A stretch of DNA of 64,000 nucleotides from an uncultured Eubacteriales bacterium (GCA_900547135.1 URFJ01000001.1:269-64268), one strand, 5' to 3'; counted from the first letter of the stretch, positions 27,632 to 37,494 are shown. Notes: a model not told the origin generated them from the letters alone. Made by a program: numbers and translations.

Positions 27632-28455
27632 CAGAGCTTGCCCCCCTCCTCGCCTGTCCTGCGCTCGGCGTTGCGCATGATCAGCATGGATATTATTACG
27701 AGTATCAGCAGGATAAACGACAGCGCCGAGCCTATTCCCCATTCGTTTACCAGCAGGAACTGGTTTTCTATAAGATCGCCGTAGAGCATGTACATCCCGC
27801 CCCCGAGCAGCCTTGATATGGCAAAGGTGGTTATAGCGGGAATGAACACCATCGTTATTCCAGAAATCACCCCGGGCATGGACAGCGGCAGTATTACGCG
27901 CGTAAACGTTGTAATCCCGTTGGCGCCAAGGTCGCTGGCAGCTTCAAGGTGCGATTTATCGAGCTTTATAAGCACGGTATATATCGGCAGTATCATGAAC
28001 GGCAAAAAGTTGTATATGTTTCCTAGCAGTATCGCCGTTTCCGTAAACAGAAGCTGCTGGGGCGCAAGCCCGATCGAGGTAAGCAGGGCGTTGATCGCCC
28101 CGTCCGTGTCCAAAATCACCTGCCACGCATAGGTCCTGAGCAGAAAGTTCATCCACATGGGCAGGATAAAAAACATCGATACTATGGCAGCCTTCGACCG
28201 TTTCATATTGGAGAGTATGTAAGCCACCGGATAGCCCAGTGCCAGGCAGACCAGCGTGGTTTCAAGCGCCATCACCACCGAGCGCCATAATACGGCCATG
28301 TTCTGGCTTCTCAGGCCGCTTATAAGGTTTGCCAGGGTAAACGCTCCCGCCTTGTCGGTGAGGGCGTAATATCCTATAAGCATCATCGGAGCCGCTATGA
28401 AGATTATCATCCAAACGATGTATGGATATGAAAAAACTGAACGTTTCAGCTTCAT
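27628..28455 (-). CDS. potB: spermidine/putrescine ABC transporter permease
   Basis: 275 aa with 6 TM and the EAA-type loop (EAASDLGANGITTFTRVILP). Confidence 0.88.
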   Translation of the reverse strand: MKLKRSVFSYPYIVWMIIFIAAPMMLIGYYALTDKAGAFTLANLISGLRSQNMAVLWRSVVMALETTLVCLALGYPVAYILSNMKRSKAAIVSMFFILPMWMNFLLRTYAWQVILDTDGAINALLTSIGLAPQQLLFTETAILLGNIYNFLPFMILPIYTVLIKLDKSHLEAASDLGANGITTFTRVILPLSMPGVISGITMVFIPAITTFAISRLLGGGMYMLYGDLIENQFLLVNEWGIGSALSFILLILVIISMLIMRNAERRTGEEGGKLW

Positions 28456-28523
28456 AATATCCTGCCCTCCCCCTCTGTCCGGCTTATGCCGGTACGTAAT
28501 CGCGAATATTTTTTAAAACCGAG

Positions 28524-29600
28524 TTATTCCTGCAACGACCCGTCGGTCGCCTCCGCCTCAGGCCCCGGATGCATTACGTGGATGGCGTCGGGCGGTATCT
28601 CCACCCCAACCTCAGTACCCTGAGGTACAAAGTCCGTTGAGTGTATAAGCCACTCAAGGTCTCCGCACTGCACCCTGAATTCATAATGCACGCCCATGAA
28701 CAGCACGCTTTTGATTATGCCGGTTAGCTTGGAGCTGTCCTTATTCACTATATCGATATCCTCGGGCCTTACCACAACGTCCACGTCCGTTTTCTTGCCA
28801 AAACCAGCGTCAACGCAGACAAACTCGTGCCCCTCAAAGCTTACCCTGTAGTCGTCCTCCATGACGGCGCTTAAAATATTGCTTTCGCCTATGAAATCCG
28901 CAACAAAGCGGTTCCTGGGTTCGTTGTATATATCGGCCGGCCGGCCGATTTGCTGTATAACGCCGCGGTTCATGACAGCTATGGTGTCGCTCATGGTAAG
29001 CGCCTCCTCCTGGTCATGGGTGACGTATACGAATGTTATCTTCAGCCGCTGCTGCATGCGTTTAAGCTCGACCTGCATCTCCTTCCTGAGCTTTAGGTCC
29101 AGCGCGCCAAGGGGTTCGTCCAGCAGCAACACCTCCGGCTCGTTTACCAGGGCGCGCGCAATAGCCACGCGCTGCTGCTGCCCGCCGGAAAGCTGCTCTA
29201 TATACCTTTTCCCATAGCCTGCCAGGTTGACAAGGTCAAGCATGGCGTTGACCTTCAGCTCTATATCCTTTTTGGCAAGCTTTTTTATCTTCAGCCCGAA
29301 CGCTATATTATCAAATACGTTTAAATGGGGAAACAGCGCATATTTTTGAAATACGGTGTTTACCTTCCGCTTATGCGGAGGGATGCCCACCATGTCCTTT
29401 CCATACATCAGGAGCTTTCCTTCCGTAGGCATGGTGAAACCGGCGATTATTCTAAGCATCGTGGTCTTGCCGCATCCGGAAGGTCCCAGCAGCGTTAAAA
29501 ACTCGCCGTCGCGGATATAAAGGGATACGTCGTTGAGCGCAGGCTCGCCATCGTACAGCTTTGTTATGTTTTTAAGCTCAATCAGGCGCGTGTTTTCCAT
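28524..29600 (-). CDS. potA: spermidine/putrescine import ATP-binding protein
   Basis: Walker A GPSGCGKTT, signature LSGGQQQR, Walker B LLLDEP and a C-terminal TOBE-like domain. Confidence 0.92.
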   Translation of the reverse strand: MENTRLIELKNITKLYDGEPALNDVSLYIRDGEFLTLLGPSGCGKTTMLRIIAGFTMPTEGKLLMYGKDMVGIPPHKRKVNTVFQKYALFPHLNVFDNIAFGLKIKKLAKKDIELKVNAMLDLVNLAGYGKRYIEQLSGGQQQRVAIARALVNEPEVLLLDEPLGALDLKLRKEMQVELKRMQQRLKITFVYVTHDQEEALTMSDTIAVMNRGVIQQIGRPADIYNEPRNRFVADFIGESNILSAVMEDDYRVSFEGHEFVCVDAGFGKKTDVDVVVRPEDIDIVNKDSSKLTGIIKSVLFMGVHYEFRVQCGDLEWLIHSTDFVPQGTEVGVEIPPDAIHVMHPGPEAEATDGSLQE

Positions 29601-29616
29601 TGAAATCCCCCCGTCC

Positions 29617-30156
29617 CTAGAAGCTGGGCGGCGTAGCCACCCACAGCACCTTTGCGGCAGTGTTTCCGGTGTTCTTTATCTGATGGGGAGCCGTAGGCTT
29701 AAAACAGAAGCTGGATCCCCGCCTTACCTTTAATTTTCTGTCGCCCAGGCACAGCGTTACGCTGCCCTGAAGCACATATCCAAATTCTTCGCCCTCATGC
29801 GGATCGTCCATATAACTTTCTCCGCCGGGCCTGAGCGCTATAAGAATCGGCTCGAGCGCGTTCTTCTGGGCGTTAGGCACCAGCCAGCAGATGCTGTACC
29901 CGCACTCGTTGTCATTTTTAATAAACATATCATCAGGGGTAAACGCCAGCTTTTCCTCGGGTTTTTCATAAAAAAACTCGGAAAGATTCGTTCCCAGCGC
30001 CTCCAGTATGTCCATAAGCGTGGCTATAGACGGCGACGTCTGGTCGCGCTCAAGCTGGGATATAAATCCCTTTGACAGCTCCGTTCGGTTCGCAAGCTCT
30101 TCCTGGGTGAGGTTGAGCTTTAACCTCAGGCGCTTTATCTTGCCGCCAATGCTCAT
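29617..30156 (-). CDS. XRE-family HTH plus cupin transcriptional regulator (PuuR-like)
   Basis: MSIGGKIKRLRLKLNLTQEELANRTELSKGFISQLERDQTSPS with a C-terminal cupin. The start is at the ATG at 30156, behind GGAGGA. It sits immediately upstream of potA. Confidence 0.85.
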   Translation of the reverse strand: MSIGGKIKRLRLKLNLTQEELANRTELSKGFISQLERDQTSPSIATLMDILEALGTNLSEFFYEKPEEKLAFTPDDMFIKNDNECGYSICWLVPNAQKNALEPILIALRPGGESYMDDPHEGEEFGYVLQGSVTLCLGDRKLKVRRGSSFCFKPTAPHQIKNTGNTAAKVLWVATPPSF

Positions 30157-30497
30157 GTTTAACGATTCCTCCTGACTGCACCGCGCAGATGCAGTTATAC
30201 TTAACCCCGTGTATAGCAATTCTGTCTGGCACAGAGCATCTATACTTAATGTTTATGATTGCTAAACACCACGCGACGTAATTAAACCATGATTCTACAT
30301 ACTTGTCAACGCCTTTTTGCTTTTTACGGAGTTTTAATATAAAATGTTTGTTAGTCTCATTTATACATTTATAAAATGACTTAAACGCCTGGACAATTTA
30401 CATGTTTTTTTGTATATCCGGAGGTCGGGATAACCAAGGTTTATATAAAGCGGGGTTAAACTGATAAAAATGTCTCAAGCAGGAAGCAGAACCCCAA

Positions 30498-30587
30498 GCG
30501 TCGCCCCTGGAACGTTCACCGCTTCCCCGTGCTCTGGCAGTATCACGCGGCTGAAGCCCAGCCGCAGGCATTCCTGAACCCGCTTTT
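30498..30587. repeat. displaced copy of the radA 3' region (~90 bp)
   Basis: gcgtcgcccctggaacgttcaccgcttccccgtgctctggcagtatcacgcggctgaagcccagccgcaggcattcctgaacccgctttt is nearly identical to 30761-30850, which lies inside radA. Confidence 0.9.
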
Positions 30588-30704
30588 AAAACCTTTTTAT
30601 CTAATAATAGGTCCAATAATTTTAGAAGGTAAATAAAAAAAGGCCTTAAGCCTAAAGTAAGCGCTGTGTTAAAGCTAAAGCAAAGTTTATGCGGTTTAGG
30701 CATT

Positions 30705-32045
30705 CTAATTATATATCCCCGCAAGCGCTACCGCTTCATCAATGGTCTTAACCTTCAATAGCGTCGACCCTGGAACGTTCACCGCTTCCCCGTGCTCTGG
30801 CAGTATCACGCGGCTGAAGCCCAGCCGCAGGCATTCCTGAACCCGCTTTTCAAGCCTGCTTATCCTGCGTATCTCGCCCGTCAATGAAACCTCGCCCAGC
30901 ACGGCCGTGGACTTTGGCAGCGCTGATTCAGTAAGCGCCGACGCAATGGAAAGCGCGATGGCCAGGTCGGACGCGCGTTCGCTCAGCCTCAATCCCCCGA
31001 CAACGTTGGCATAAATATCACGGTCCGAGACCCTAAGCCCCGCCTTTTTTTCAAGCACCGCAAGCAGCAGCACAAGCCTGCCGTTATCCATGCCCGTTGC
31101 CATGCGCCTGGGATTGCTGAACTGGGTGGGCGAGATAAGGGCCTGCACCTCGGCCAGCATGGGACGGGTACCCTCCATCATGCAGGTTACCGAGCAACCG
31201 GCCGCGTTTGCGCCGGACAGAAACAGCATCGACGGGTCCGGAACCTCTGCCATGCCTGTATCGCGCATTTCAAATACGCCTATCTCGTTTGTAGAGCCAA
31301 AACGGTTCTTCACTGCCCTGAGCAGCCTGAACGAATCATGGCGGTCGCCCTCGAAATACAGCACCGTGTCAACCATATGCTCCAGCATCCTCGGCCCCGC
31401 CAGCGCGCCCTCCTTGGTTACGTGACCTACTATGAACACAGCGCAGCCCGAGGACTTGGCGTATCTTGTAAGCGAATCCGTTACCTGGCGGATCTGCGTT
31501 ATGCTTCCCGCGGCGCTTTGTATATCCGGGTCGTACATAGTCTGTATCGAATCAATTATCAGCACCGTGGGCTGCAGCCTTATAAGTTCGGTTTCTATGT
31601 TCTGAAGCGATGTATCCGCCAGCACAAGCATATCGCCGCAGGCCGCGAGCCTTTCAGCCCTTAGCCTCAGCTGGGCGCCCGACTCCTCACCGGTGACATA
31701 CAGCACCTTTAAAGAGGCGGCCAGCGTTCCGGCCACCTGCGTAAGCAGCGTTGATTTACCTATGCCCGGGTCGCCTCCTATCAGCACTACCGAGCCTGGA
31801 ACCAGGCCGCCGCCCAGCACGCGGTCGAGCTCTCCAATGCCTGTGCAAAGCCTGCGCGCGCTGTCAGCCGGCAGCTCCCTAAGCGGCCTTGCCATTTCTA
31901 AAGAGGCACTGTCGCGCCTGCCCTTTACAGCATTTATCTCCACCATCGTGTTCCAGCTTGAGCAGGCCGGACAGTGCCCAAGCCACTTCCCGCTTTCATA
32001 GCCGCACTCGCCGCAAACGTATACGGTTTTAACCTGTTTTGACAT
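30705..32045 (-). CDS. radA: DNA repair protein RadA/Sms
   Basis: 446 aa with an N-terminal zinc ribbon (CGECGYESGKWLGHCPAC), Walker A GDPGIGKST, KNRFG and a Lon-like C-terminal domain. Confidence 0.95.
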   Translation of the reverse strand: MSKQVKTVYVCGECGYESGKWLGHCPACSSWNTMVEINAVKGRRDSASLEMARPLRELPADSARRLCTGIGELDRVLGGGLVPGSVVLIGGDPGIGKSTLLTQVAGTLAASLKVLYVTGEESGAQLRLRAERLAACGDMLVLADTSLQNIETELIRLQPTVLIIDSIQTMYDPDIQSAAGSITQIRQVTDSLTRYAKSSGCAVFIVGHVTKEGALAGPRMLEHMVDTVLYFEGDRHDSFRLLRAVKNRFGSTNEIGVFEMRDTGMAEVPDPSMLFLSGANAAGCSVTCMMEGTRPMLAEVQALISPTQFSNPRRMATGMDNGRLVLLLAVLEKKAGLRVSDRDIYANVVGGLRLSERASDLAIALSIASALTESALPKSTAVLGEVSLTGEIRRISRLEKRVQECLRLGFSRVILPEHGEAVNVPGSTLLKVKTIDEAVALAGIYN

Positions 32046-32069
32046 CCATTCTCCTTTTAATCCGTCCGC

Positions 32070-33272
32070 CTAGCCAGGAATCGGCGCGAACTTCATGATA
32101 TCGCGCTCCCGCGACGTAACGTCCATCCAAAACGCCACATCGCCCGATACTCCCATGAACTGGGCCTTCTCGTCCTCGGGCGTAATCCTGTAGCTTACCG
32201 CATCCTCAAATATGTATACGTAAATGGCTTCAGCTTTGCTGTATACCACAAAGTCGCTGCCAAGGCCGAACTCAACGACCCCCTCGTCAATAAGGACGGG
32301 GTCTGACGGCCCCTTAGCCCCATAAAGCTTCGCGCCAGGCGCGTGGTTTGAATCAAGCCATGCGAAATACGCCCCGTTCCCCTCGGGGTCATGCACGTAT
32401 GTTCCAGGCTCATAGGTATATATCTGGCTTGTGAGCCGCGCATAGTTTATACAGCTGGTAGCGCCGCCTTGGGTTGAAAACTCGCCGTAGGCATCGGCCC
32501 AGACAATAAGTCCGTTCATGAACGAAGGAAGGCTCTGCCCATATTCGGAATTGTTGAACATGGCCAGGGTGGCGCTCTCCTGCGTTTCGAGGTCGCATAT
32601 ATACAGCTTATCCATTCGCGTGCCCGTGCGCTCGGTCCATACGATATAGTGATCGTACAGCTTTATCTCTGGCTGGCCAACATAGAACTCCTTAACCACG
32701 CGTGGCCTGCCAGACGAGTTGCCTCGCCGCATGGCCATTATCCTTCCCCCGCCTTCGAACTTGCCGTCGATAAACACAAGCCAGTCTTCATTTATCGACG
32801 GGAAAAGAAAATGATCGTACTGAAGGTTATAGTCCAACCCGCTCGCTTCTCTGGTATCCGGATTGTAGAAAAACAGGTCCGTCATAAGCGCCCTGCCATC
32901 GACGACCTTACCGCCGGTAAAAACGATTTCGCCGTTATGATAAAATGGGTCTCCGTACCATCTGTAATCCATCACGTCGGATACGGATAATACTATCTCG
33001 TTCTGAGCCGTTTCCGGTACAAAGTTGGTCATAGGGTGCGGCGTGGGCGTAGGCCTTAGCGTCGGCTCTGGAGTTGGTTCAGGCGCAAACGGCGGTTTGT
33101 AATCAATCCCCAGCATTGGCAGCAAAAGCGGCAGCGCGACAAATACTATTAGCGCAATAACCGCCAGAATGCCCATTATTATACCTATAAGCGCGAATAT
33201 CGGCCCCGCGTTTGAGCGGTTAAGCTTGCGAAGCCTTTTTCTGGGTACTTTTGTACGGTATTTTCTCCCCAT
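32070..33272 (-). CDS. membrane-anchored protein with a Pro-rich linker and a beta-rich ectodomain, function unknown
   Basis: 400 aa with a basic N-terminus, one TM (IFALIGIIMGILAVIALIVFVALPLLLPML) and a PEPTPEPTLRPTPTP linker. It is co-directional with radA and 24 nt upstream of it. Confidence 0.5.
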   Translation of the reverse strand: MGRKYRTKVPRKRLRKLNRSNAGPIFALIGIIMGILAVIALIVFVALPLLLPMLGIDYKPPFAPEPTPEPTLRPTPTPHPMTNFVPETAQNEIVLSVSDVMDYRWYGDPFYHNGEIVFTGGKVVDGRALMTDLFFYNPDTREASGLDYNLQYDHFLFPSINEDWLVFIDGKFEGGGRIMAMRRGNSSGRPRVVKEFYVGQPEIKLYDHYIVWTERTGTRMDKLYICDLETQESATLAMFNNSEYGQSLPSFMNGLIVWADAYGEFSTQGGATSCINYARLTSQIYTYEPGTYVHDPEGNGAYFAWLDSNHAPGAKLYGAKGPSDPVLIDEGVVEFGLGSDFVVYSKAEAIYVYIFEDAVSYRITPEDEKAQFMGVSGDVAFWMDVTSRERDIMKFAPIPG

Positions 33273-33382
33273 TTTAACTAAGACATCCTTGCGTTATTTG
33301 TTCCATTATAACATATAGCGGTGGATTCCAAAATAAAAAGGCAATATAAAATAACATGCTTACGCATAGTAAATTCAGCGGC

Positions 33383-33895
33383 TCAGAATACGCTTCCCGG
33401 ACGTATATATGAAAACACACGGTCATGGTAGGAAAGCTCCGGAATAAGGCGGCCTTCCCTGTATAATCTTCTGACCTCGAATGGAAGCATCCACCTCGCG
33501 TCCACTACCTTCTCGGTGTTAAGCGTGAATGAGCAAATATCCACCTCCTCAATAAACAGCCATGCGTCAACTACGACGTCTTGTCCAAAAATTGAGGCGG
33601 TTAGGGCGCCGTTTTCCCTGTTAGGGGTCAGGCCTATGGTTTCGCTTGTAAGTCGCAGTGCGCCGGATTCACTGCTTTCGCCCGGGTTTACCGGCCCTGT
33701 TATACACTCCCAGCAGAGTGAAAATGGCCTGCACGGATGCCTTTTGAGCATCAGATACTCCCCTGCCCCGTTTTTTATCCAAACGTTTATTATAAGCTTG
33801 CCAAAGCCCCTCGCCGCTGCGTGCCTGCCGCCGATATCCCCGCCGGAACTTATAGGACCGTCCATTACGCTTTCCTCCATCAATCGTTTTTTCAT
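33383..33895 (-). CDS. NUDIX-fold-like protein with a degenerate Nudix box
   Basis: GPVNPGESSESGALRLTSETIGL aligns to GX5EX7REUXEEXGU, but REL and EE are replaced by RLT and SE. The likely true start is the internal ATG behind GGAGGAAAG (near 33865). Confidence 0.4.
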   Translation of the reverse strand: MKKRLMEESVMDGPISSGGDIGGRHAAARGFGKLIINVWIKNGAGEYLMLKRHPCRPFSLCWECITGPVNPGESSESGALRLTSETIGLTPNRENGALTASIFGQDVVVDAWLFIEEVDICSFTLNTEKVVDARWMLPFEVRRLYREGRLIPELSYHDRVFSYIRPGSVF

Positions 33896-34072
33896 TTGAC
33901 TTCAGTATAATATAAATTTGGATATATGCTCAAATATATAGGCTGTATTTATGTTAATTTATGATGAATATAGCTTGCATAAATGAATATTATATATTCA
34001 TAAAATTATTTCCATTTTTTTCTAATTACGTTATAATATGTTGATTTTACATTTTAAGGAGTTAAGAACGGC

Positions 34073-35523
34073 ATGTCTGCTTTTGGTGATAAACTCAGAT
34101 TATACATTGATAAATGTGGTGAAAGCATTTACCAGCTTGCAAAGCGGTCAGGTGTTGAACGCACGTCAATACACAAGGCCATGTCGGGTTCAAGAATACT
34201 TAACCAGGCCTGTTTTGACAGGTTAATAGAGCTGCTTAAGCTTACCCCCGCTGAAAAGCAGGATTTGATCAACAGTTATGAGATTGCCAAGCAGGGAGAA
34301 GACGTATATCACCGCCGACGCAAGATGGCCGCTATGCTCAATGGCCTGGCCGCGCTGCCCTCCAAGGAGTTTAACAGCCCTGTAGCCGAATTTAAGGTGA
34401 ATATGGGGGGCCAATCGTTTGACCGTATAGAGCTTATAAAGGGGAAATATGAGTTCTATAACCTGATGCGCACCGCGGTGTTAGAGGAGATATCGGACCA
34501 GCATACGCCGACGGTGTGTACAAATATACGCTTCAACGACCAGTTCATGGCTGACACTACCTCATTAATCTACATGTCCACGGGAGGAAAGCTTACCATC
34601 AAGCATATACTTCGGTTTGCGCGCCACAGCGACTTAGCTTCGGGCAACTACAACATGGATAGGCTGTCGGAAGTGCTCCCCATGGTCCTGTATGTAGGCT
34701 GTGGGTATAAGCCCTATTATTTTTATGGCGATTACGACAGCGCAAACGCCGTTACTACATAATAACCTGTAAGCGTGTTATAGCCGTATCCGCGGACTTA
34801 AATAAGGGCGTCGCTTTCAACGATCCTGAAATAGTCCGTATCTGCCAGGAATCCTTCGATATGGCAATTAAACGCTGTCATCCACTGATCAGCTACCTCA
34901 GCAGCCCCATGGAAGCAATGAACCACCTTAAGGAGTATGAATCGAACCTGGATCAGCCTATATATAAGTTTGAGGCAATCCCATGCTTTGCGCTGTTCTT
35001 CAGCCCGCAGCTGATAAAAAAGAAGATACGTTCTGATGTGCCAAACGGCGGCGAGCTGGCGCGCCTGATGAGCGTGCGCTGTGAAGCCATGCGCGCCTCA
35101 TCCAATATAAACATCATGTTCTTTTCCGAATTTGGCTTAAACCATTTTACAGATACAGGCACGCTTATTAACATGCCATCCGATATGGCCATTCCCTTCA
35201 CAGTCGAAGAGCGGCTTAAGCTGCTCCGTGATCTTAAAAAATCTATTGACAGCGGCGATATTAAGGCGATTGCCGTGAACCCGGACCGTCTTAATATTTC
35301 AAACAGGATATCCATTTACTATACCGAAACCGGAGGGATCCTGTTTTCGGGTTACAACGACGAAGAAGGAAGCTACGTGATCCTTCTTCTAAAGGAGGAG
35401 GGCATCGTAAAAGCCATAAGCGACTTTATGGCTTACCTCCCCCAAAGCGACCTGGTGTTAAACCCTCAGCAGAGCGCCGCGGTAATTGACGGGTGCATCA
35501 AAAGGCTCGAATCAGCGCTATAG
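34073..35523 (+). pseudogene. large XRE-type HTH regulator (~480 aa) split by a frameshift
   Basis: ORF 34073-34762 (HTH: IYQLAKRSGVERTSIHKAMSG) stops at TAA. A different frame is open from about 34745 (YYIITCKRVIAVSADLNKGVAFNDPEIVRICQESFD) into ORF 34861-35523. The flanks are AT-rich. Confidence 0.6.
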
Positions 35524-35556
35524 CCTACCGGCTTAAAAACCCTAAAACGTATAAAA

Positions 35557-35590
35557 GATCCCGCACTCCACCATTGCGGGATCTTTATTG
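35557..35590 (+). terminator. rho-independent terminator
   Basis: Stem gatcccgca / tgcgggatc (35557-35565 / 35575-35583) followed by tttatt. Confidence 0.7.
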
Positions 35591-35845
35591 AACGCCAATG
35601 CGCTCGCTGCACACGCGAAGGTGTAAAAGTGATAAAACTGATATCTACCATATGCTGATGCAAAAGGCCCGCTCCGCGTGTGCATACAAACGCATTGGCC
35701 GCCCTGACAACAATTACACATTATTTTATTGAACCGTGGTATCCCAAACAATATGTGCCCAAAATTGTGGCGCGGGTTCTGATACGCAGAGACGGGAAGC
35801 GTCTGTCCGCTTCCCGTCTCTGTAATGTATGGAGGTTGGTTATGG

Positions 35846-36019
35846 TACCCTCAGTTGACAAAGGGCCACACGTCCCAATAGGAGGGCATCCCCGCTATTT
35901 CCTCTTAACCACTGGTTCCGCGCGTCCAAAGATCGCGGTAAATTCGCGCGGGCCAGGCTATTATTAAGATGGGCCCTGGGCTACAAAAGGACTATGTGCG
36001 CCTTTGGCAACTGAGGGTA
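35846..36019. ncRNA. candidate structured RNA enclosed by a 12-bp long-range stem (strand and identity unknown)
   Basis: taccctcagttg (35846-35857) pairs with caactgagggta (36008-36019). The helix can extend inward (caaagg/cctttg, caca/tgtg, gtcc/ggac). Internal hairpins include ccgcg...cgcgg. No convincing ORF is present. Confidence 0.3.
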
Positions 36020-36038
36020 TAGGGCATGATAATTGTCC

Positions 36039-36845
36039 TCAAATGGCACTCTGGATTTCAGGCCGCAGGCTTTTTTCCCGTTCGGCGTCCATGATAAGCT
36101 TGTCCCCGACAAGGGCTATGAACTCTCCATTTGTAGGCTTATCGTTCTTTGAGTAGATGTTGTATCCAAAGAGCTGATTGATGTTTTCGATCTTTCCCCG
36201 TGTCCATGCCACCTCGATTGCGTGGCGTATTGCGCGCTCCACCTTTGATGGTGATGTGTTGAATCGTTTTGCAATCCCTGGATACAGCTCCTTTGTTATC
36301 CTGTTTATAATCTCAGGCGTATAGTAAACCATCCTTATCGCTTCCCTCAGGTAGTGATAACCCTTTATATGGGCGGGAATACCTATCGTAAGGAATACGG
36401 AGGTTATCTTTTCATCCAGCGTGCGTGGCGCAGAGCTGAGTGAACATACCTGGGATTTTCCCGCATAGGAGTTTTCAAGCAGGTCCGTCATCCTCTTGTA
36501 TAGCGTTTCGGGTTCAACCGGCTTGACCATAAAGTATTTTGCCCCAAGTATGCAGGCCCGCCTTACCATATCCTCCTGGCGCATGGCGCTTATCATAATT
36601 ACCATTGGAGGAACCTCTACCAATCCCAGATTTAGCTGCTCAAGTACGCCGAATCCGTCCACACGCGGCATTATCAGTTCCGTTACCAGCGCGTCGTACC
36701 GGTTTGAACGCAGTGCGTTGAGCGCCTCGAAGCCGTCCGCGACACAGTCAATCTGCTGAATGCACTCCTGCGCCGTCAAATAGTCCCGCAACTGTGTCTG
36801 AAAATGAGTATTGCTGTCTGCGATTAAAACACGATATTTTTTCAT
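36039..36845 (-). CDS. spo0A: sporulation master regulator Spo0A homologue with an atypical receiver domain
   Basis: The C-terminal domain is unmistakable ([40 protein letters not shown]). The receiver has ADSN in place of ADDN and [11 protein letters not shown] in place of VLDIIMPHLDG. The start is set at the ATG 8 nt after AGGAGG. Confidence 0.88.
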   Translation of the reverse strand: MKKYRVLIADSNTHFQTQLRDYLTAQECIQQIDCVADGFEALNALRSNRYDALVTELIMPRVDGFGVLEQLNLGLVEVPPMVIMISAMRQEDMVRRACILGAKYFMVKPVEPETLYKRMTDLLENSYAGKSQVCSLSSAPRTLDEKITSVFLTIGIPAHIKGYHYLREAIRMVYYTPEIINRITKELYPGIAKRFNTSPSKVERAIRHAIEVAWTRGKIENINQLFGYNIYSKNDKPTNGEFIALVGDKLIMDAEREKSLRPEIQSAI

Positions 36846-37148
36846 ATTCATTTCCTCCTAAGTATTTTTGTTGTCTTCAGTAAAACCAAGTATCAATCTG
36901 AAGTTTTTAAGGCTTTTTTGTTCCTCGTATGTATTGTATAACAATAAAATCCGCAGCGCTATGTCCTTTAATACAAATTAACGTTTGAATGTATCGTATA
37001 CTTCACGATTATGCACGAATAATGATACGGCTAAAAAAACCTGTTTTTCGTAATAGTCTAAATGCTTGAAAAGTCCTTTTAAATGGCCAATTTTCGAGAT
37101 TTCTTATAGATGGCGCTTGCCAAATTGGATATATAGTCGTATAATTAT

Positions 37149-37452
37149 AACGGCTTCGGGGCGGGGTGAGATTCCCCACCGGCGGTGATGCGGCACTATG
37201 CCGACGAGCCCGCAAGCGACAGTTTGTATACATTTATGCATGCTGCCGCCGAGCCGGTTGGAATCCGGCGCCGACGGTTGCGGCGACGCTTTTGCGGGCC
37301 GTTTGCAACGCATATTATTTGTTTCTAAATGTCTGTTTTTCGCATTTGGGCGTGAAATAAATAATCAACGGCAGGTTTCTGACGGTATTTGCGGGTCAAA
37401 CGCTTCGCGCAGCTGTATATCGCTGTTAAAGTCCGGATGGGAGAGGCGTTAT
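37149..37452 (+). ncRNA. FMN riboswitch (RFN element) with a large internal insertion
   Basis: Conserved blocks are cttcggggcggggtgagattccccaccggcggt, agcccgcaagc, ggttggaatccggcgccgacggt and aaagtccggatgggagagg. The P1 halves are aacggcttc and agaggcgtt. It lies upstream of ribU. Confidence 0.8.
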
Positions 37453-37463
37453 GCTTTTTTTGT

Positions 37464-37494
37464 GCTCCGAATTATGTAATGCGGGGCTTTTTTG
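37464..37494 (+). terminator. possible expression-platform terminator of the FMN riboswitch
   Basis: gctccg...cggggc (one G-U pair) followed by ttttttg. The stem is short, so confidence is low. Confidence 0.35.
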
